From the NCBI GenBank assembly GCA_051294375.1, contig CM119267.1:5755992-5819991 (forward strand): DNA of 64,000 nt, written 5' to 3'. The position numbers and the translations under genes were made by a program. This DNA is from Paraspadella gotoi. Its lineage: Eukaryota; Animalia; Chaetognatha. The stretch's first letter is position 1. Each line of letters begins with the position of its first letter. Positions 51,789 through 62,685 of this stretch are shown in pieces. The notes under the pieces are model-generated. The model was not told where the DNA came from. It ran no database searches and saw only the letters and a list, made by a program, of their open reading frames with translations.

Positions 51789-54323
51789 CTAAACGGGAAC
51801 GGATTCTTCGACGCCGTCGACTTTCGTTTCGTCTTCCAAACTTTCCTCGACGGCCACGCCCTCAACCCCCTCGGCCTCCTCCACTTTATCCCCATTCCGG
51901 TACTTGGAGAGTCGACGCTTGAACCTCGCGATGGCCTGCGTGACCTTGAGCGCCCTCTGAGGTTCACCAAATCTCTCCTTGAAGCAATGCGGGCAAGGGT
52001 TAGACAGGTGCACCACCCTTACCGAGGTGAGAAAAATGCCGAAGGAGGAACAGATGTGCCAGATGTCGTGTCCGTCGAAAAAGGCGGGTACAATACATTC
52101 CTTATTACGCTCCCGAGATATCCACGGCTCCGTCTCCTTTTTGGAAGGGTTCTCTCGCTTGAAGAAGTAAAAGGCGACGCCCCAAGCGATGGCGACGAGA
52201 GAGTAGAAGAGCAGAATGGAGATCAAGTAGCGCTTGAAGATCCTGGGTCGCGTCGCTTGGACGAAGCGGCCCGCGTAGAGCTCGGCCAAAAACGTCGCTA
52301 TGAGAGCGGACCCGATGGTGGCGCCGACGAAGGTCTTGGCCATGTCGCCGTCCTCGTAAAAAGCGTCGAGAACGAAGTACAAAATTGCCAAACAGTAGAG
52401 GAGAAAAACGACGAAATAAAGGATGCTGAAGAGGCGCTGGCGCGTAGAAGACCGGGCGCGTTCTCCCGCGGTTCGGCGACGAATAGCGCCGCGAATGCGG
52501 TGAAAGAACTGCAGCTTGTAGGCAGCCCAGGCCAATACGACGGCCAGCCAGAGAAAAAGAGCGACGCCGAAAAACATCTTGCCTCGCGGCGTCATCGCGG
52601 CGCCGTAGACGGGGATCTCCTTCATGTTCTGCAGAGTCCCCACGTAGTTGAAGACGACGAGGGGACAGAGGAAAAAGAGGAAGATCTTGGGCGATCGCAT
52701 CTCCTTCATCTTTTCCAAGGAGGACGACCGAAGAGCAGCGTCCGCCGGCGACGCCTCCGCCGATTTGCTCTCAACGAAAAGCTTTATTTTGACGCTACCG
52801 CGATAGACAGAGACAATGATGAGAATCGCCAGCACGAACATAAATGACTGATCGAATTGCACCGCTCGTCGAGTTGGACAAAGATGATAGATGCCAGAAA
52901 ACATCCCCTGGAAGATGAGCGTCCATCCGAGCGAATAGGCGAGGGTATAATCGCAACTCTCGTCGGAAGCCGCGTGGCAGACCTTGCAGGGCGCCGTGCA
53001 GGGTTCGAAGTGATGCCTCCCGCGGCAAAACGTCTCCACAATTGAGTATAGGAACATCAGCAAAACTCCATGCACCACGTAGGCCGCATTGGATACGACA
53101 GAGTTGATTGGAAAGTCGTAGATGCCCGCCAGGTAGCATCTCTCGTTGTAGTAACATAGGTCTCGATCTCCCGTCTCCCAGCTTTGGATCAGAGTTCCCG
53201 TGATGGTCTGCAATCCGGGGATGAAGAGGGTCACCCCGAAGATGAGAACCAGATAGGAAAAGGTTTTGGGTCCGCGTTTAAACCAGGCCAGACAATTGGT
53301 AAAGTAGGTTTTGATGTTTTTGAAAAAGAAGGTGAAGGAAGAGAGGGCCTCCTCCTTGACACGATCCTTGCGGAACTCTCGATATCGGACGTACATAAGC
53401 AGAACGTCGACGAGGATAAAGAAAATCGCAGTGAAAAGGGAGACTAGGATCAGCGGAAAGAGGTAGGCGTGGTTACTCACAGCCGGCGTCATCTTCACCG
53501 TCAGGCGAAAATCTTTGGGCGACCGGTTTTCAAAGATGGAGGGGAAGACGCCCACGTACCAGACGCCGTCGCGGAGGCGCGGGATCGAATTTTGAGAGAG
53601 AGTGATCTTGCCGTAAGTAGAGAAAGTGAGAAACATGTGATCGGCGCCGGGATCCTCGTGCACGGACTCTTCGAGGCGCCCGTCGACGCCCTCCCCCGAT
53701 TGGCCGATGCAGGTTGGGCCAACAACGAGGGTGGCAACGAATCGTTTTATTTCCTCTTTGGTTTTTCGATCGAACTTGCGGCCGCGAGCCGACTCGGCCA
53801 CGTCATCGGCTTCCACAGAGAATTCCACCTGTCCGCTGGCGTTGACGAGAAGTGCGGAGAAGGTGACGCGATGACGAAAGTCGGCGTTGAGGCTCCCGTT
53901 GATGACGGCCATCCTTTCTTCTGCGGAGACGACCACTCGGCGGTCGGGAATCGGCTCGAGTCCCACATTGTAGGGAACGCCCTTCTCGCCCACTACGTCG
54001 ACGGAAACGCTGAGTTGGGAAGCGTTGCGCCAAAGATCGGCGCAGATGGTCATTTCCGAAGGGCAATTGTTCGTCGACGAACGGAGGACCAGCGCCCGAC
54101 CATCGGGAGTCCCGTCTGGCAAGGTCGCCACCGCTTGAACGCTGACGCCGGGTGGGCAATCTTTGGCGCCGAGAGTGAATCGCCAGAGGGCGGCGTTGGA
54201 GTTGGAAACGGCGAAGACATGAGACCCGGGCGTAACTCCGGGCTTTTCATAACTTGACGACGCGATCGGAGAGGGAAGAAAAACAACGAAAATCGTTAAA
54301 TATAGCAATAATAATCGACGCAT
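51789..54323 (-). CDS. SIDT1: SID-1 transmembrane family member (SIDT1/2-like), intronless, 844 aa
   Basis: Signal peptide, ectodomain, GDRDLCYYNERC, NSVVSN, SGIYHLCPT, QFDQSFM, SRERNKEC, FFDGHDIWH, many TM helices. The family call is firm; specific orthology is not resolved. Confidence 0.92.
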   Translation of the reverse strand: MRRLLLLYLTIFVVFLPSPIASSSYEKPGVTPGSHVFAVSNSNAALWRFTLGAKDCPPGVSVQAVATLPDGTPDGRALVLRSSTNNCPSEMTICADLWRNASQLSVSVDVVGEKGVPYNVGLEPIPDRRVVVSAEERMAVINGSLNADFRHRVTFSALLVNASGQVEFSVEADDVAESARGRKFDRKTKEEIKRFVATLVVGPTCIGQSGEGVDGRLEESVHEDPGADHMFLTFSTYGKITLSQNSIPRLRDGVWYVGVFPSIFENRSPKDFRLTVKMTPAVSNHAYLFPLILVSLFTAIFFILVDVLLMYVRYREFRKDRVKEEALSSFTFFFKNIKTYFTNCLAWFKRGPKTFSYLVLIFGVTLFIPGLQTITGTLIQSWETGDRDLCYYNERCYLAGIYDFPINSVVSNAAYVVHGVLLMFLYSIVETFCRGRHHFEPCTAPCKVCHAASDESCDYTLAYSLGWTLIFQGMFSGIYHLCPTRRAVQFDQSFMFVLAILIIVSVYRGSVKIKLFVESKSAEASPADAALRSSSLEKMKEMRSPKIFLFFLCPLVVFNYVGTLQNMKEIPVYGAAMTPRGKMFFGVALFLWLAVVLAWAAYKLQFFHRIRGAIRRRTAGERARSSTRQRLFSILYFVVFLLYCLAILYFVLDAFYEDGDMAKTFVGATIGSALIATFLAELYAGRFVQATRPRIFKRYLISILLFYSLVAIAWGVAFYFFKRENPSKKETEPWISRERNKECIVPAFFDGHDIWHICSSFGIFLTSVRVVHLSNPCPHCFKERFGEPQRALKVTQAIARFKRRLSKYRNGDKVEEAEGVEGVAVEESLEDETKVDGVEESVPV

Positions 54324-54637
54324 ATTTTTTACGAGGTTTTCGTCGAGGATTAGCCGACTGATTGTGAGTTTTTCTTTGGTTTGGGTTTGCCTGGTTAATG
54401 GTTATGTATCATATCATTTAAAAAGGCATGATTGAACCACTGTTATCCTTTTCTTCTTCATTTTTTTTTGGTTTCATGTGATTTTCCTCTATCGCCAAAC
54501 TTCCTAAAAATTGAAAATAAAACGAGAAAAAAGAAAAAAATAGTTTTCAAATAGTAACGGTAACTTGCATTGAAAAAAAGCAGGCACAAAAAAAATGACT
54601 TCTAAAAACAGTTCGTTTCTTTCTGTGGAATTTTTTT

Positions 54638-55596
54638 TTATTTCACACGCGGAATAGCAGATAACGTGATTCCTGGCAAAGACTTGGTTTGCCGCATGAC
54701 GCATCCGTCCCTGGCCATCCGCGCCGCCAATTTAGCCGTGTTGACGGCGTCGTCGATTCCAGAATGTTCTCTTCCCTCGAAGGTCATCCCGGCGTCCTTT
54801 AACGCCCCCGCCAGTCCCGCGGGCTTTCGTCCGTAGAACCGCGAGTAGATTGCCTTGAGATCGATCCAAGCCCCCAATTCGGGCGGGTGCCGCAGCCCTT
54901 TTCTCTCGCATTCGCTCCGGAGCATGCGGCCCAAGTCCCAGTCGGTCCAAGTCGCAGCGGAGCAGAATTCGCCGACGTCATCTTGGTCATCGAGTTCGTG
55001 CGCAAAGTAAAAGGAGTGACGCCGACGTTGTTCTTTCATCCAAGCGATAAACTTGGGGAGACAAATGCGCAGCGGGACACCCGATTCTACCCTGTCTTGG
55101 GTGATCCCGGTGAGACGCGTGCAAAAGGCACTGAGGGTCGGACGTTCTTCTGGTTGCACGTAGACGTGAAAACTGTTGCTGATGTCGATGTGACCAGTTC
55201 TAAAAGGAGGTATAAAGGCTAAGACGGGATGCGGTTAGGCGCTGTCTCGACCCAAGAAATTTTCTCCACTCCCTTGAGCGCAGTTTACCTCAAATCAACC
55301 AAAACAGCGGGGAATTCGATGATCTCTTGCGGATCTGGAACTATGTTTCGAGCGAACCGTTCGGTCGTCGGGTCCTCCCAACACGTCGACTCGAAGTCGA
55401 TGACGATTAAGAATCGGATACCAGACTTTGAAGAACAAGGCGATGTCGCGGGCGACGGAGTGGCCGTCAGAGCGGGCGAAGACGGCGACGACGACGCGCT
55501 CGAAGTTTTCCGCCCGCGTTGGCGATAAATTCCCTTTTCGATGGCCAACTGCTTGACCGTCTTTCCGAAGATCGGCGAGAAAGTATTCGAAGTCAT
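54638..55596 (-). CDS. ERI2: ERI1 exoribonuclease 2-like DEDDh exonuclease (2 exons, exonuclease domain only)
   Basis: KQLAIEKGIYR N-terminal motif, LIVIDFESTCW, QEIIEFPAVL, LSAFCTRLTGITQ, TWTDWDLG, FEGREHSGIDDAVNT. Intron 55288-55200. Confidence 0.9.
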
Positions 55597-55719
55597 TTCA
55601 CCGACGAATCGACGCACGAGCTACTGTGAGACGAGAAGACTTTTTCTTCAAAATAAACAGCGAAAGAGAGGAACACAAAAGCGCGTGAATAAGAGAGAGA
55701 AATCGTGGAATTCCGTGAG

Positions 55720-56659
55720 TCAGTGTTTTCTGGCTCCGTCGTTGGCGAGACGATCCGCCATCTCGTTTCCGTGGATCCCCTTGTGAGCTTCCACCCACTT
55801 CCACTCCACATCGACTAACTGTTGCACCGAGTCCAACTCTTGCCAATCCTCGACGTTTTTTACGGGATTATTGGTCTGGAGGTTAACATTCTTGTATAAT
55901 CGTAAAATGATAAAACGGATAAGATTCCCCCCCCCTCGCTCACCGCTGTCTTCCACCCGTTCTTTTTCCACTTGAGAATCCAACTGGTGATTCCAGTCTT
56001 GACGTAACCGCTGTCGGTGCGAAGTTGAATCTTCTTAAATCCCTGCTTGCGGGCGAGACGAATAGCAGCGACGGCTGCCTGCAGCTCTGCGCGGTTGTTC
56101 GACTGCTTCCCTGGCAGCGGATCGGCGACGTTATACGAGCATCCGTCGAACCAGTAAACGCCGATTCCTAAATACGCGGGAGTTGGTAAAACGAACACAT
56201 CCCGACGCCAACGAATGAGCATTAATCAACACGTCCACCTGCTTTAGCATTGCTTTTCCCGTTGTTAAAGCAAGATCCGTCCGTGTGGACGACGATTCGT
56301 TCATTGTCATACTCGAAGTTTTTCCCCGTGGAAACGGAAGGTGGCGAGAAGATTTTGTCGCGAGGCACCGGCTTCGCGTCGACAGAAATCGAGGACCCCG
56401 AGCCGACGGCGCCGAGCGACGGGGTCTTCGAGACGCTGACCTGTCTCTCTATTTTAACCGCCTTGGGCTGAATTGCAGATTCCTCCTCCGAAAAGACATC
56501 CGAATCAAATTCGCTAGGATGCGGTCGCTTCCTACGCTCGACGAGCGATTCCAGTTTCTGTACTCGTCGCGAGATGGACTCGGCCAAACCCACCAGTGCA
56601 AGGACGTCGCTCTTTAGCGCGGACAATTCAGAAGAGAAGTTGGCAGTTTTGGCGTTCAT
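55720..56659 (-). CDS. RNASEH1: Ribonuclease H1-type protein (3 exons) lacking the N-terminal hybrid-binding domain
   Basis: VHTDGSCFNNG..AGIGVYW, QSNNRAEL, TDS, GITSWILKWKKNGWKT, VKN, AHKGIHGNEMADRLA. Exons 56659-56239, 56167-55944, 55875-55720. Confidence 0.9.
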
Positions 56660-56901
56660 GGTTTTTTTTTCCTTTTCTGTAACGGGAAAAAAAGTAAAAG
56701 GCCTAAACGTAACATCCTATAAAACGATTGCAACGCACGTAAAATATTTAAAGACATGGCCAAGTATTGTAACAAATAACAATAAATAAAAAACGCGTCA
56801 TATAACTGCTTCGAAGCGGTTGAAATCCTCAATATCTGATATTATCTCTTGGAGTGTTTCAAGCGTTATCAGACACAGACACGCTCTTTATCTCACGAGT
56901 C

Positions 56902-57714
56902 TCATTGTCCAAACGTGACGCCGGGTTTGGTTTCCGTCATTTCTTCGAGGATCTTTTTAGCTTTGTTCTTGAACAGTGCGGCGGTCTCATCGCAGGCTTC
57001 AACTCCGTCTCCCTTCTTGTACATCCGACTCAAATTGGCGCAACTCACGTAATCGTCCAATTCGCAACCTTTAAATAAGGAACGGGGAAATTTTCATCAG
57101 CAAAGTCAACAGCCGGTAAACACCAAAGCCACCGAGCTAACCTTTCCGCGCAAACACGATGGCCTTCTCGGGATCCCTGGATGCCTCGTCCCTAATGTAG
57201 GAGGCGAACGCTCGCTCGCACGACGCTTTGTCGTTGAGAAAACATCCTTTTTCGAAATATCGCCTCGCCTCGACAGGATCGCTTTTGAAGGAGCCGGCCC
57301 CTTTGTCCAGGGCGAACCCGTAATTGTAACAAGCCTGTTCGTGTGGTATGAGACAGTGATTTTTCAAATTGTGCCAAAAACCCAACTAATTACCGAAGCG
57401 TAAGGCTCCTTCGCGTCGCATCCTCTCTTATAGTACTCGGCGGCGAGGACTTCGTCCTTATCCTTCATGCCGCGTCCCACAAAGGCGTAGTTCCCGTACT
57501 TAAAGCAGCTCTGGGCGTATTGGTGGAGATCGCAGTTGGACTTGAAGATCCTGGCCGCCTTGGGAAAGTCCTTTTTGGAAAATTCCAACCAGTCGCCGAG
57601 TCTGTGGCAACCGTCTGGGCGATCCTCGTGAAAACACTGGAAGCGATACTCGATGGCGAGGCGGTCGAGGTATTCCCGCACCGCCTCCTCGTCTTTGAAG
57701 TCTATCGAGTTCAT
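56902..57714 (-). CDS. COA7: Cytochrome c oxidase assembly factor 7 (Sel1 repeats), 3 exons
   Basis: IDFKDEEAVREYL..EYRFQCFHE..PDGCHRL, NCD...SCFKYG, CANLSRMYKKGDGV. Exons 57714-57394, 57334-57142, 57068-56902. Confidence 0.93.
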
Positions 57715-57985
57715 TACTAATCGCGAAAAAAAGGGGAAACGAAAAAAAATTGACGACGAAAAGATTGCTTAGATAAATTTAACGATGCGCGTGTTAATTG
57801 GTATCACAATTCGCAAGTCACATGATTGAAAAATGTTAAACCACCACCACCAAAAGAAAAAAAAAATAACCCATTTTTTTATTGGACGCAGGGAAAAATA
57901 CTAAATTCCCGAAAAAAAAGTAACATCGAAAGTAGAAACTCGACGAATGCCCACGATGAAAAAAAAAAGGTTACGGATTCAAACG

Positions 57986-58853
57986 CTAATCGTCATCTTC
58001 ACCGAGTTTTTGAGTTTCCGCTGCTCGGCGTCTCTTCCGCTCGAGCATCCGTTTGATGTCTTCGCTGTTTTTATTCAATTCTTTCAAAATCTTCTCGTGA
58101 TTCGCCAGTCGATAAGTCTCGGCCTTCGCCTTCGCCGACAACCCTCGCTTTTTCTCTTTTGGTTGCTTAACCTATCCAATGGAAAAATACCGGGTGAGTA
58201 AAAATAGATTGACCAATATTTCATTTTTATATTACGTTTGTTGGCCATATACCTTTTGCCAAATGTTGGATGAAAAATAAACTCATTTCTCTTTCTTTTT
58301 TCTACAATTATATACCTTTGGCGTCGCTTTCTTTGAACGCGTGGGTTTGGGCGATGGTAATTGACTGGGAGGAAAATCCGGGGTTTTATTGGAAAACAAT
58401 CTGCCAGAAAGAAAAACCAAGTTTGATCTATCCTTGCCGGGTAAACGTCCGTTACGATATTACGTACTTTCTGCCCATTCGCTTGTTTCCTATAACCCTC
58501 ACGTCCGCTTTCGTTCTCGGCCGGCGCCGAGGAGTTTTCTCCGCCGTTTTTTCGATCGGGTCCGAGATAGAGTCCAAGTTGCCGTTGTGAGCTGGGGTCG
58601 CGACTGCGCTACGCGAGGTAATCTCAACAGGGCTCGAATCACAGGGCTTGATTGAATCACATTTCGGCGTCGAGGAAAGAGATTCCAAGGCGCCCGAGGG
58701 AGACATGTAATTCGAAAGCTTCCTCGATCCCATCGCCGAGGAATTCGATAAAAATCGACCCTCCTCAATTTCGTCGTCAAAGTCTGGGAAGAGAACTCGT
58801 TTGATACGATCCACTTCCGCTCTCGATGGCGGCGCACATTTTGCGAAGCGCAT
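57986..58853 (-). CDS. Orphan basic, Ser/Thr-Pro-rich protein (~220 aa, 3 exons)
   Basis: Exons 58853-58468, 58400-58316 and 58171-57986 join in frame via GT-AG; ends ..EKILKELNKNSEDIKRMLERKRRR..DDD*. Confidence 0.6.
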
Positions 58854-59175
58854 GCGACGGAACGAATGAGAGAGCAAAATAGGAAAGAAATCTGCAGCAT
58901 TGAAACAACGAAATATTGTCAAAACTTTTGTTAAAACCGAGATAAAAATACGAAAAAATATTCAACGATCAAAATATAATTTGGATCCTCTTATGGAGGT
59001 CATCTCGGATTCAAATCCTCAATAATCAAAAATCAAAAAGAAAACAAGGGTTCATTCTAATGCCATGTATATTAACTGGGAATGGTACGTAAAACAAAAC
59101 GAATAACAAAATAAGAAATAAGTAAAAACATTGTAAAACATTTCCAAACGTAGCAAAAACATATTGATTCACAGA

Positions 59176-62100
59176 TCACGACTTTTTCGATTTGGCCGAA
59201 GTCTTTTTAATTTTCAGCTTTGTCTTTGACACGTCGTCGTCGTCGTCATCCTTCCCGCCCCTCTTTCCCTTCTTTGCTCCCTTTTTCACCCCCGCCTCCC
59301 CCGTTTTCCCGCGCTTTGACTTCTCCCCGCCCTTGGGTCTTCGTCGGCCCTCGATCAAGTCCGTTTGAAGGAGAGCCTCGACGTCGAAGGACAAAGGGGA
59401 GTCGCCGTCCCAATCTTTCGACTGACCCCACAACAAAATGTTACGGGACATTCCTGAAGATTATAAATAAATCGATGAAGCGATGTTTGAATTGTGTTAC
59501 CGATTTTTTTTTTTTTTTTTTTAGAAATTAATTATATACATCGATGCGTACACAATTACACATATATAGTTCAGTTCAAATGACCTAAAACCTAAATGAG
59601 GAAGAAGATTCCAATTATTTTCAACTCACCCGAGCACAAAAACTGGCCGTCGTTGGAGAACTTGTTGAGCGAAATGATTCCCCCGAGACTGGGGTCAAAA
59701 AGTTGAGCTTTCATCTTCCCCGAGTTGGCGTCGAAAATATCGATGGTTCGTCGTTCCCGTTCGTTGTAGCCGACAAAGTCAGGATCTGGCCAGCGTCCAA
59801 TTACAATCAAGTCCTAAAAAAACGGGCACACATGAACTGCGAGCCAAATCTTTGTTAACAAGACAACTACGGACCACAAGATCCCAATGCTTCCTTCTTT
59901 TTTACCTGCAAGGGATGCCAACTGGCTTTGATTGGTGTCAAGTGCTGAAACTGTCGGTGGGGATGAAGAATCGACCTTTCGAGGTAAAAACCGGGCAGTG
60001 CATAGACGCGAATTTGACCGTACTGGTCCGAGGTGAGGAGTCGTTGACCGTTGAAGACACTGAACGAAGCCACGTTCACTCCGGCGTCGTGGGCGAGAAT
60101 GTGAAGGGGCTCCGGCTAAATAAGATAATGAAAAAAAAAACAAATTTATATACGTAGTTACGTAACTTACGTACAATGTACATACAATGTAAGTCGTACA
60201 TATATAAATGTAGTATGCAAGTACATTAAATATGAAGTTGGACTCACTTTGTCGTTAACCGACTCCATTTTCCTGACGTCCCATATCTTGACCTCATGGT
60301 TGACGGAGGCGCTGGCGAGGAGATACTCGTGGTGCTTGGAGAACTCCACGTGGGAAATTTTAGCCTTGTGAAGTTTGAAGCGCGAGACTTGAGAGAGAGA
60401 GACCCGATCGAAGAGCTGGAGTTCGCCAGTCGACTGACCTGGATTAGCCGAAGACGATTTTCTTTCATTTTTAAAAGATGATTAGGAATTCCATTCCGGA
60501 TCTGCCAATGATCATTAGCGATAAGCAGCTGATCAGATAATTAATTAATTATTTTGTTTAATTCGCGTTAAAATCGTTTTTCACTTAGTCTCGCCTCTCA
60601 ATCACAAAACAATTTTTTAATTACTATCTTATTAATAATTAATTAAGGCAGCTAGAATTTACAGTTAATATAAAAAGAAAAGAGCATAATCATATAGTGA
60701 AATATATTTTTTGTTTTTTCCATTTTAACTCGTTTCCACTTGGACGATTCCATCGAAACTTGATTTCCATTCAAAATTTCAAGTCAATCGTCTCATCCAC
60801 TCATGAGTAATTGACTTTCAAAGCTAAAGGGGGACGGACAGACAGACAGACATAAGTTTTTTTGCATAATTTATTATAATGTGATATTCTGACATGGTGT
60901 CTTACCGACAAGATTTTTGGGTGGGACCGACGGACCGATAAAGTTGATTATAGAGCCGGAATCTGCTGTAAGCAGATCCGGCTAATAAAAATCGTTGGTC
61001 ACTCTAACCGGCGGCGTAAAGACTCGGGCTGATGTCGCAAGAGACAAACCACTTGTTCCAGTCGCCGGTGTCGTGCAGCACCTTGCTCTTCGCGTCGCAT
61101 TTTAAGTTGCGCAGGGTGACTTTCGAGTCGAGACAGGCCGTCAGCAGCCATTCGGGAGAGAGAGGGCAGAAGCGCATGGCGCCCACGCTTCCGCCCGGAC
61201 CGATGCCGGGAAGAAAGATCGCTTCGTCAGAAGGATCCTTGATTTAGAAATTTTAGTCGGAAAATTGTTAAATGCTCGACTTTTTAGTTGCGCCGCGTGT
61301 ACTCGCCGAGCAACTCTATAAGTCACTTTTCGGTCCGTCTGTCCGTCCGTCCCACTTATGTTAAAAATGCTCATGATTGGCATATAGTTGGTTGCTCATT
61401 TGTTAAGATAGGGGCTGCTAGCGCCACCTTCAGGAAATCCTAAAACTATAAAGAATAAAAGACAATATTTCGATGCAGTGCGTGTCACGGGTTAAAGTTA
61501 TTGTAGTCATGTCTTGTCGTGTAATGTCACGAGAAATACACATGATAAGGCAGTCACTGCGGCGCAAAAAAAATTGAATTACTGTTCTTGTTTTTAGTAA
61601 GAGTTACGTCACTACTGACCTGCTTAGCAACGTCCAAGATGGTGATCTCGCCGCCCTTCGATCCGACGGCAACTTTTCTTGGATTCGTCGGATGCCACTC
61701 GATCGCCGTCGCCCGTCGATCGAACGGCGCCAGATTGTGGAATACGCGCATCGGACGAACACTAAAAAATAACAAATGAAGGGAGAGATGTTGGCATCAA
61801 GAGTTTGGCGGGTTTGAGACATTAGAGCATTGGTTAATGGTTATGACATTGGGTCGAATTGTATTGCATCCATCAGTAAGTACTTTAGTAACTTTGAAAT
61901 GTCTATGAGATATATCTTAAAATCAAACAAAAAACATAATTACGAATAATATTCGTCCAACCTGTCAAGCAAGGGATTCAGCAAAACCGAGGAAGGCAAC
62001 TCCGCCGGGCCACGCGTCTCTTGCCCGAGGAGCAAATGAAGCAGATCCCTCCTCTCTGCCGCCCTATTCCGCTCATGTGGCCCAGAGAAATTGAAATTGT

Positions 62101-62440
62101 CCGACTTGAAGAGAACGAACTCGCGCTGGTTTTTCCCGCGTACGAGTTTGACCGTCCCGTCCTCGACAGACGTCGACCTGACCGGACCCTTGGCCTTGGT
62201 CTTCAGAACCAGTTTTTTGGGCCCCTTGAAGCCGATCGGGGATTCAGTTTTCTCGGCGACTTCATCCGTCGAAGGAGGAGAATTCTTTTTCGTCATCTTC
62301 GTTGTAGGGTTTTCTTTGTCGGTGCCGTTTACATTATTGTTAAACTCCCGGCGAGATTTAGGAAAGACGAAATCGTCGTCGTCATCGTCGTCGTCATCGT
62401 CTTTTGCGTTTAAAGGGACACTTCGCTTTGATCTTCTCAT
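59176..62440 (-). CDS. DDB2: DNA damage-binding protein 2 (XPE; WD40), 7 exons
   Basis: [101 protein letters not shown]. Confidence 0.93.
60690..60990 (-). mobile_element. Family B Helentron/DINE-like element in DDB2 intron 3
   Basis: Homologous to 27070-27510; terminal hairpin GCCGGAATCTGCT-GTA-AGCAGATCCGGC next to an A-run; (GACA)n tract. Confidence 0.65.
61281..61505 (+). mobile_element. Family A Helentron/DINE-like element in DDB2 intron 2
   Basis: TTTTTAGTTGCGCCGCGTGTACTCGCCGAGCAACTCTATAAGTCACTTTTCGGTCCGTCTGTCCGTCC, homologous to the 1600 and 12527 copies. Confidence 0.65.
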
Positions 62441-62685
62441 CTACGAAAAAAAAAAGCAGAATGCGGTTGGCCGGTCGCATTTTTTTTAAACCGGAGCGCA
62501 AACAAGCAAAAAAAATAATATATAAGGTTTCGGAAGATAAGCTGGAAGACAAAAGAAAAAAGCGTAGATATATTAGCGCCGGGGGAAATAGAGATGAGGC
62601 GACTTTGAACCAGCAGCTCCGTCCCCCCTCGCGCTTCATCGTAAGAAAGACAATTGGTCTTCAACTTCGGATAGGCGAGGGATCG

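Noticed and set aside
51987-54257. Long plus-strand ORFs antisense to SID-1 (similar ones oppose UBXN11 and UBLCP1)
   Set aside because: Shadow ORFs caused by GC-rich third codon positions; no recognisable motifs.
55720-56659. RNase H as part of an LTR retrotransposon
   Set aside because: It has spliceosomal introns and the cellular-type His loop, with no adjacent RT, integrase or LTRs.
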